Virus record (IMG/VR): IMGVR_UViG_3300042890_001842
Location: 1-64,000 of that record
Length of the DNA: 64,000 nucleotides
Strand: one strand, 5' to 3'
Source of the DNA: a virus
Shown here: positions 57,321 through 64,000 of the stretch, piece by piece
Layout: each line of letters begins with the position of its first letter
How positions within the stretch are numbered: position 1 is the first letter of the stretch
Translations under genes and position numbers: made by a program
Notes under the pieces: generated by a model
What the model was told of the DNA's origin: nothing
Database searches by the model: none
What the model saw: the letters and a program-made list of their open reading frames with translations, nothing else

Positions 57321-58195
57321 CAGAAGTTAATACCCAACTTGTATTCTATATCTAATGGCCTTCCAGATAGCTTTACTATCTCAGATACAGTTGATCTTGC
57401 AATAATTCCAAATGTTGGATCAAAACTATCTTCATCATTAATTCTAATTCCATCAAAGTAAACTGTTGTTGCTCCGCCTGCCTTTGCAGCAACAAATACA
57501 GAAACTTTTGAAATCAGTTGTCCAGGACTATTTACTGAAGTCATAGTTGATAAATTTCTAACTAAAATTTTATTTCCTGTGCCAGAATCAATATCTGCGC
57601 CGTCAAATGAAACTTGATAGTATGAAGTATCTGAAGAATAGAATCTGACATTGATATAGTCTAGATTCAGGTCAGCTTGATTTATTGCAAGCGTTAGACT
57701 GTCATTTCCACTGTATCCAGAAATATCTATAAAAGGAATTGACGATTTAAATTCTTTTGTTGTATTGGCTGTACATGTTACCTGTACCATAGATACTCCA
57801 ATTCTTGGAGTTGGGGTTGATACTAATGCAGGATTTGCGCTTGATGAATCTGTCCATAACAAATTATCTTCAAAGTCTGCTATAAATTGGCTATCGTAAT
57901 TATTTACAGATGTTCTAGAACTTGGGTACAATCCAATCTCTCTAATCACGCCAGCGACATCTTGAGGAATTGTAGTTTTATAAACAACAGAATATGTAGT
58001 GTTCCCGCCAACTGTTTGAATATCGATTCCGCCAAATGAAACTGGTAGGCGGTAGAATTCAAATCCTAACCTTGTATCATTTCCACTTACGTTTGGAGTT
58101 GTAGAGTCAATGCCTATTGCAATACTCTGCTTATTAAATGAGTTCATTCCAGCAATACAGGAAGTTAAAAACCTTTTACCAAATTTAGTTATCAT
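57320..58195 (-). CDS. minor tail/baseplate protein
   Basis: MIT..G; I.EIGLY; tail context. Confidence 0.6.
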   Translation of the reverse strand: MITKFGKRFLTSCIAGMNSFNKQSIAIGIDSTTPNVSGNDTRLGFEFYRLPVSFGGIDIQTVGGNTTYSVVYKTTIPQDVAGVIREIGLYPSSRTSVNNYDSQFIADFEDNLLWTDSSSANPALVSTPTPRIGVSMVQVTCTANTTKEFKSSIPFIDISGYSGNDSLTLAINQADLNLDYINVRFYSSDTSYYQVSFDGADIDSGTGNKILVRNLSTMTSVNSPGQLISKVSVFVAAKAGGATTVYFDGIRINDEDSFDPTFGIIARSTVSEIVKLSGRPLDIEYKLGINF

Positions 58196-58548
58196 TGTGG
58201 GATTCTACCTCTTATTCCTTTTATTACTGAATCAGTTCTATCAATAATCTTTAATTTTAACTTAATTGTAGCAGGAACTGTGGAGTAGTCAAATTCTTCT
58301 GATACTATTGATATATCTGAAAGCTGTGGTAGATACTTAGAAATTGATGGATCTTCTTCTCCACCATCATCTCCACCGTCAGATCCTCCAGGCAATCCAT
58401 TAAACGAAAATGCCGCTCTTCCAAGGCTGTTGCTGTACCTTAATTCGGTTGGATCTATTGTTGATGTTCTTGGATCTCCATAGGTAGCAAAAAGAGGAGG
58501 GTTCTTGTCTACCTCATTTTTAGATATTTTTTTCTTATCCGTTGCCAT
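58192..58548 (-). CDS. hypothetical tail-region protein
   Basis: ORF in tail block. Confidence 0.6.
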   Translation of the reverse strand: MATDKKKISKNEVDKNPPLFATYGDPRTSTIDPTELRYSNSLGRAAFSFNGLPGGSDGGDDGGEEDPSISKYLPQLSDISIVSEEFDYSTVPATIKLKLKIIDRTDSVIKGIRGRIPQ

Positions 58549-58564
58549 TTTTTTATTATACCAT

Positions 58565-59797
58565 TTAAGCCACTATAGATCTAGCGGTTATGGTAGTCTC
58601 CAATCCATCATTCCATGAATGACTGATACTAGTAATAACAAATTTTTGATTTGGGTCTATTTCATTAAAAGAGTGGCTTACAGTTATAATATCATAAATA
58701 GAAAGTAGCGGGTTCCCAAAAACTTCTATTTCAAGAACAGTATTATTTTTGCTCCATTGAGATTTAATAAAGTTGGAAAGCTCTATGGCATCACTTTGGT
58801 CTTGTAGCCATTCTGAAGTAAATGTTATGGGCTCTTGAGAAGCATATTTATTTATTTGATCATCTTGATATACTATGCCAGCCGTTTTAATTAAATTATT
58901 GCCGATTACATTTATCTGTGTTCCCAGTGAAGAGTCAACAAGCGTAGACATTCCAGAATTATTAATTAGATACAACTCAGTTTCAAATGGCATTAAGTTA
59001 GCATATAATACCTTTACGCTTGAATTTAAATTTTCGTATGTAAATTTAGGAATTGATGGTGCGGTGTCATATCGCTTTTTGACATATCTAATTTCTCTTG
59101 CGATAGACCCAAATTCTTCAATGTACTTTTCTTTAGTTGCAGCAGCCACTCTCTCAATGCCATTTGCAAAAAATTCACCATAAGCCAAACTTATAATGCT
59201 TTTTGAAAATTGAGATTCATAAATATCTGTTAAAGATGGGGAATTAAATTCTTTTGCTGTAATTTTGAGTGCGTATGCATAATCAAAATATGCAGATCCA
59301 AGATTTGCAAACAATGACATTCTTGAGCTCTTGGCTATAACTGAACTGCTATCTATTGCTTGAATTAAAAATCCATTTACGTATGCATTTATAGTTACTA
59401 CACTGCCAGTATGTCTTGCAAATATATCGATCTTGTAAGACTTTCCCTCTTGTATTCCAATAGTATCTTTTTGTAAATTTATATTGTCATTAAAAACTTT
59501 TACTACTGCTCCATTAACAACTTTTATAATTCTAAATTCATCTCCATACAAGCCAGCAGTTTGTGATGTTTTTGCTCTAACAAAATATCCAGTATTTGAT
59601 GTAGCGTTTGTAAAAATGCCCACTCCACCTGACTGTCTTGTTGTTGATGCTTTTGGCTGAAAGTACATTGTTGTTCCAAATGAAAAGTACTGGCCAGTTA
59701 TATCTATACCAGTATCCTTAACAGCCCCAGAAAAACTATTTGGACTTGTTGAGTTTGATGTTGTAACTAAAAATGATTTAGAAAGATTAGATGGCAT
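58565..59797 (-). CDS. minor tail protein
   Basis: C-terminal GNP.L...D.I.V hub-like motif; likely start MPSNL. Confidence 0.65.
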   Translation of the reverse strand: MPSNLSKSFLVTTSNSTSPNSFSGAVKDTGIDITGQYFSFGTTMYFQPKASTTRQSGGVGIFTNATSNTGYFVRAKTSQTAGLYGDEFRIIKVVNGAVVKVFNDNINLQKDTIGIQEGKSYKIDIFARHTGSVVTINAYVNGFLIQAIDSSSVIAKSSRMSLFANLGSAYFDYAYALKITAKEFNSPSLTDIYESQFSKSIISLAYGEFFANGIERVAAATKEKYIEEFGSIAREIRYVKKRYDTAPSIPKFTYENLNSSVKVLYANLMPFETELYLINNSGMSTLVDSSLGTQINVIGNNLIKTAGIVYQDDQINKYASQEPITFTSEWLQDQSDAIELSNFIKSQWSKNNTVLEIEVFGNPLLSIYDIITVSHSFNEIDPNQKFVITSISHSWNDGLETTITARSIVA

Positions 59798-61820
59798 AGA
59801 GTCCCTCCCGATAATCATTTCCTCCAAAAGATCCAGATCCTGAATTAGTAGAGACTACATTGCTTGTATTTAATATTCCATCAGTAAAAGGTATCCATCC
59901 ATTTGGAACTCCAGTTTGTACATAATGTGTTGCTAGCTCTGTACCAAATTTTGCTCTAGCTTTAATTCTATATTTTTCAGTTGGGATGAACCCAACTAGT
60001 GATCCTAATACAGCTGCTGATCCTCTATACTTAGCAAAATCTGCTGGTCCAGTGATATCTACCTGAACTCTTGATCCACCAGTTATAGGCTGATATTCAT
60101 ACTGAATGGCGTCATACTCTATAACTTCTTCATCAATCAGCAGGTATCCAGAAAAACTTTGCAATGCTTCAATTGTTCTATCTTCTGCAGGCTTTATAGA
60201 AATTACTGCAAGGCTAACATATCCACCTGCTCCAGTTGAGCTAAGTAATGTTTCTTTTAAAGCTGCTGATGAGAAGGAAGTTTTATCTACATCTACTATA
60301 GACTTATTACTTTGCTCATAACCAGCAACATAAGCACTATTATAAAATACTTTAATATTATTTGAAGATGCTATATTGTCTGCTCTTAAAGAAATTATAT
60401 TTGGCAAGCTACTTCCACTAGCAGTATTTCTAAATGTCCAGTCTTTAGTCAATGAGGCTTTTTTGGTAAATATAAAATCTCTACTGTAAAATTGCAATAC
60501 ATTGTTTTCATCAAATAATGCTGACATCTGAGTATCTGAACATAACTCTTGTATAGCTGACCATACTGTTTTTGTACCGTCGCTCCACCACCATCTAAAA
60601 GATATTACAGATTTGTCTGCATCTGCCAGATTAAAATTATATGTTGTAAATCCTATTGAATCCAATATTCTTCTTATTACTGCAGTAGCTGAATAGTCGT
60701 CACAAAGAATATCTGGGCATATGGTTTCTTGTAAAAACTTAGCTGCATCTAATGCAAAAAATTCAAGCTCTCCATTCTCGCCTATCTTCCAGTTGTCTAA
60801 ATAATAAGATCCTTGAAGTACTTTAAAATATGTTCCATTTGAATCAGAAAGATTACCAGCAGCATCATATATTTTATAAAAAGGTTTAACCTCTGCCTTT
60901 TTAGACATATAAATATATGCATTATTTATTGCAATGCTTTCTTGAAAATTATAATTTCTAAACAATATGTTTGCATTTCCGTATGAATTAAGCTCCATGT
61001 CTAATGAATTTGCTGTTGCTAATCCAATTGGAAGGATATCGTTTGTTTCTGAGGATGCTTCTTTTTGTATTCCAAAAGATACAATTCTGTCAGTTAAATC
61101 TTTTATCCAGTGTGGAGCAACTTCAATCAATCCGATATACTTATCTCCGCCTGGATTTGTAGCAGTTACCCTTAAGTTATTTACTGTTACTTGAGAATTA
61201 TAGTTAATGCTTGACTCAGTAGTTGTCCAAGTAGTGCCGTTATAATAAATAGCAACAATACCATTCGAGTCTATTGTTTTTGTCATACCAGATGTTACAT
61301 CTGTACCATTAATAAATATAGACCAAGAGCTTGGTGTGCAATGTGATAATTCAAATTTTAAAACAATTTTATTTGCTGGCACGGCCTTGTTCTCGTATGA
61401 GATTGGCGATGTGCCATCATAATATCTAATAGATACATCAAGGTTTGTATTCTTCTGTGTAACATAATATTTATAATTTGTATTTTTTGATGGAGAGTAA
61501 GTCCTATATGTTACTGGAGTCTGTGTTGTGTATGTAGTGTTTCTTGGATTATTATAAGTACCAGTCAGTAGGTCTCCAATTATTCCATACTTAATTCCAA
61601 ATTTTTCTGGTCTGAATGGCTTTACAACTGAATCCAGCGGAAACAATAATTTAAATGGCTGAGCTCCGTCTGGAGATGTATAGTAATTAGCTCCAGTAAA
61701 ATCATTTTCAGAAAATGATACTAACGTGTTACAATTTATATCAAGAGTTGCGCCAAGTCCAATATTAATACTTGTGCTTTGATCAAACTTATTAGTAACT
61801 TGTGAAGGTGCCTGTATCAT
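59787..61820 (-). CDS. minor tail/baseplate hub protein
   Basis: Follows the distal tail gene; FDE..VLQF..R; likely start MIQAP. Confidence 0.65.
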   Translation of the reverse strand: MIQAPSQVTNKFDQSTSINIGLGATLDINCNTLVSFSENDFTGANYYTSPDGAQPFKLLFPLDSVVKPFRPEKFGIKYGIIGDLLTGTYNNPRNTTYTTQTPVTYRTYSPSKNTNYKYYVTQKNTNLDVSIRYYDGTSPISYENKAVPANKIVLKFELSHCTPSSWSIFINGTDVTSGMTKTIDSNGIVAIYYNGTTWTTTESSINYNSQVTVNNLRVTATNPGGDKYIGLIEVAPHWIKDLTDRIVSFGIQKEASSETNDILPIGLATANSLDMELNSYGNANILFRNYNFQESIAINNAYIYMSKKAEVKPFYKIYDAAGNLSDSNGTYFKVLQGSYYLDNWKIGENGELEFFALDAAKFLQETICPDILCDDYSATAVIRRILDSIGFTTYNFNLADADKSVISFRWWWSDGTKTVWSAIQELCSDTQMSALFDENNVLQFYSRDFIFTKKASLTKDWTFRNTASGSSLPNIISLRADNIASSNNIKVFYNSAYVAGYEQSNKSIVDVDKTSFSSAALKETLLSSTGAGGYVSLAVISIKPAEDRTIEALQSFSGYLLIDEEVIEYDAIQYEYQPITGGSRVQVDITGPADFAKYRGSAAVLGSLVGFIPTEKYRIKARAKFGTELATHYVQTGVPNGWIPFTDGILNTSNVVSTNSGSGSFGGNDYREGLYAI

Positions 61821-62266
61821 TATACCTCTTCCAAAGTTATAGATACATTCCACAATTCTTGAGGCGTATCCCCAGTGTTCATTTTAGCATTTCTTCTTAT
61901 AATTTCAAAACTACATGATGTAAAAATCATAGTCAAATTTTCAGCATTAGCTGTATTGCCATATTTTACAGTAACTGGAAATGACGCCTTTCCAGTTGCA
62001 CCTTCATAAAAATCTTTAATGTCTCTAGCTCCATAGAATCCATCTACAGTATATGTTGCTCTTGAAGGAAGTGCATCCCAAGATACACTAATTTCTTTCT
62101 TGTCTGCAATAAAAAACTTTCTCATTGTTCCGTTAGACATTCTTTGTGTCTTTTCAATTCTATTAATAGATATAGAAACTGGTGAACGGTTATGCTCTGA
62201 TAGGCTAAATCCGCCAACTGTTATAAGGGCTCCTACTGGCAATGTTATTGGGTATGATGTTGGCAT
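61820..62266 (-). CDS. distal tail protein-like
   Basis: Directly after tape measure; R..NG..R...W..L...W.VS..LEEV. Confidence 0.7.
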   Translation of the reverse strand: MPTSYPITLPVGALITVGGFSLSEHNRSPVSISINRIEKTQRMSNGTMRKFFIADKKEISVSWDALPSRATYTVDGFYGARDIKDFYEGATGKASFPVTVKYGNTANAENLTMIFTSCSFEIIRRNAKMNTGDTPQELWNVSITLEEV

Positions 62267-64000
62267 TATTTACTCCTATTGTATCCGATTCTCTTTAATT
62301 CTTTTACTTCAAGGTCAACAATGTATCTTCCGATTTCTTCCTTTGTAAGACTTTGAGGTATGTTATATGTATTCTGCATAACAACATTGCTTCCAAATAT
62401 TGGAGCCTGTCCTCCGCTAGCCATAGATACTCTATTTGATGTTCTGCTTGGAACAGAGTACTTTGTTGCTAATCCTCCCATTGCCATTCCATTAATTTTA
62501 TCAAGCAATGGTACTCCAACATTTTGAACTGATTGAGCTCTTATTACATACTCTCCACTTGAAAGCATTGCTGGTATGGAATCAGAAGTTCCGCTTCCTG
62601 GACCTCTTATAATACCACCCATGGCTTTACCCTGCGCTCTTGTCTCCCATGAGTTTGGATCCATATTTCCTTGTGGACCGTAGATCTTATACTTAACTCC
62701 CTTGTATTCAAGAAAGTCTCCAGGTTTTAATCCTTTATCTTGAATTAATTGCTTTCCGCCCTTTGTGCTTAGGGTACCTCTTTCGTTTAATTCGTAAGAT
62801 CTAAATCCAGCACCACTATTAACTTTAAGAGGATTATTAGCTCCGTATTGAGGTGCACCTTCTTTACTCATGTCCAACTTCTTGCCATTTATATAAATGT
62901 CGCCAGTTGTACTAATTCCTTCTTTAGACAAAGCCTCTGAAAGACCCTTGTCCAGTCCACTCAAAAGATTCATTGCAGTTGTAGCGATATCTTCTGGTCC
63001 CAATTTTCCGTTAACAACATCTGGAAGTCTGGCAGTTCCTACTGGCAATCCAGCCTTTTGAACCGCATTAATAAAATCAGCAGCAAGACCCTTAAACTCA
63101 GCAGTTGTTTTAAACTTTGCTAAATCATCTTTATTGGCAAGTAGTGCAAGCTTAAGTCTAGACATTGCACCATTTACGCCATCAATTTCTGTTTTTTGTT
63201 TTGCAATTTTTGAAGTTAGTGCGTCTAAGCTTTCTCCAGCAAGTGCTGCTTTGTCAGCTAACTTTTCATTTTTATTTTGAATAGCTTCTCTTTGTGCTTC
63301 TAAAGGCTTGACCTGTTTATCTCTGTCAGCATCGATCTTATTCATTGCAAGAGTAGTTTGTCTACCAGATACAAGCTCACGCATTCTTAATTGTGCTTGT
63401 GCGGCAGCTTGCATATCTCCAGTTGCTATATTTTGCTGATATTCTAATTGAGCTTTTTGTAACTCAAGTTGATAATTTTCTCCTGCTGCTTGATCTTGCA
63501 ACGCTTTCTTTCTTGCATCAGCCTCTTCATTAATTTTTTTAATCTTTTTATCAATTGCTCTTATTGCATCACGATCTTTAATCTGTTCAGCTACCGTCTG
63601 TCCCTTGGTAGCCTTAAGCAATTCTTTTTGTCTTGCTGTAAGTTTATCTAGGTTTTCATACTGCTTTTTTAATAGCCCCGTTTTATTTGTTTCAACTACA
63701 GCTTTTTGAACTGCAACTGATAGCTTGTATAATTGATCTACTTGATCAGTATTTAACTGTGTTAAATCTCCAGCAAATCCAGCAGCTTGAATTCTTAACT
63801 TTTGCCAAATGCTTAATATGGTATCTGAAGATGTAGCAAACTTCTTAACTTCTGGGTTTTGCTTAATTAGGTTTTGTAAAACAGCATCTCCAATTGGTTT
63901 CTGTTCTTTAACCTTAGCATTAATCATAGAGATCTGCTTATTCTCTGCTTCGTATAAACTTAACTTTTGAGTCTTTCCAGTCTTATCTTTTTTAGCAGCT
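62266..64000 (-). CDS. tape measure protein, C-terminal part (5' end outside the window)
   Basis: Helical Ala/Lys/Gln-rich; GG.I.GPGSGTSDSIPAMLS.GEYV. Confidence 0.85.
   Translation of the reverse strand, partial: AAKKDKTGKTQKLSLYEAENKQISMINAKVKEQKPIGDAVLQNLIKQNPEVKKFATSSDTILSIWQKLRIQAAGFAGDLTQLNTDQVDQLYKLSVAVQKAVVETNKTGLLKKQYENLDKLTARQKELLKATKGQTVAEQIKDRDAIRAIDKKIKKINEEADARKKALQDQAAGENYQLELQKAQLEYQQNIATGDMQAAAQAQLRMRELVSGRQTTLAMNKIDADRDKQVKPLEAQREAIQNKNEKLADKAALAGESLDALTSKIAKQKTEIDGVNGAMSRLKLALLANKDDLAKFKTTAEFKGLAADFINAVQKAGLPVGTARLPDVVNGKLGPEDIATTAMNLLSGLDKGLSEALSKEGISTTGDIYINGKKLDMSKEGAPQYGANNPLKVNSGAGFRSYELNERGTLSTKGGKQLIQDKGLKPGDFLEYKGVKYKIYGPQGNMDPNSWETRAQGKAMGGIIRGPGSGTSDSIPAMLSSGEYVIRAQSVQNVGVPLLDKINGMAMGGLATKYSVPSRTSNRVSMASGGQAPIFGSNVVMQNTYNIPQSLTKEEIGRYIVDLEVKELKRIGYNRSK

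Noticed and set aside
59787-59827. Programmed frameshift joining the two minor tail ORFs
   Set aside because: No slippery sequence seen; a short overlap with GGAG-containing sequence upstream of the second start is ordinary coupling
1-64000. Stop-codon recoding, DGR or retron, integrase, LexA boxes
   Set aside because: Genes are intact in the standard code; no reverse transcriptase, integrase or convincing CGAAC-N4-GTTCG site seen by eye

Overview
The window is a 64-kb segment of a large, AT-rich tailed phage (Caudoviricetes). WhiB, an Lsr2-like peptide, an MSMEG_6728-family protein and leaderless promoters point to an actinobacterial host, plausibly a low-GC freshwater lineage (inference). 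Layout: (i) 1-8.5 kb, + strand: small early or host-takeover ORFs plus tRNA-Asp, arranged in modules behind a repeated composite promoter; (ii) about 8.5-9.0 kb: a non-coding strand switch with DnaA boxes (candidate origin); (iii) 9-64 kb, - strand: accessory genes (2OG-Fe oxygenases, glycosyltransferases, PstS, Hsp20, thioredoxin, HslV-like protease), a lysis cassette, terminase, a replication/recombination block (DnaE, DnaB, primase, SSB, RecA, RuvC, Cas4-like nuclease) and tail genes ending in a partial tape measure. The most striking signals are regulatory. Nine early promoters read exactly TGTCAG-N10-TANNNT, the PafBC/RecA-NDp DNA-damage promoter signature, and six of them lie downstream of CRP/GlxR-type TGTGA-N6-TCACA palindromes in helical phase. 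There is also a three-copy covarying H-type RNA pseudoknot, a candidate anti-RBS small RNA and a PHO-box-like repeat upstream of pstS. All calls were made by eye; no searches were run.
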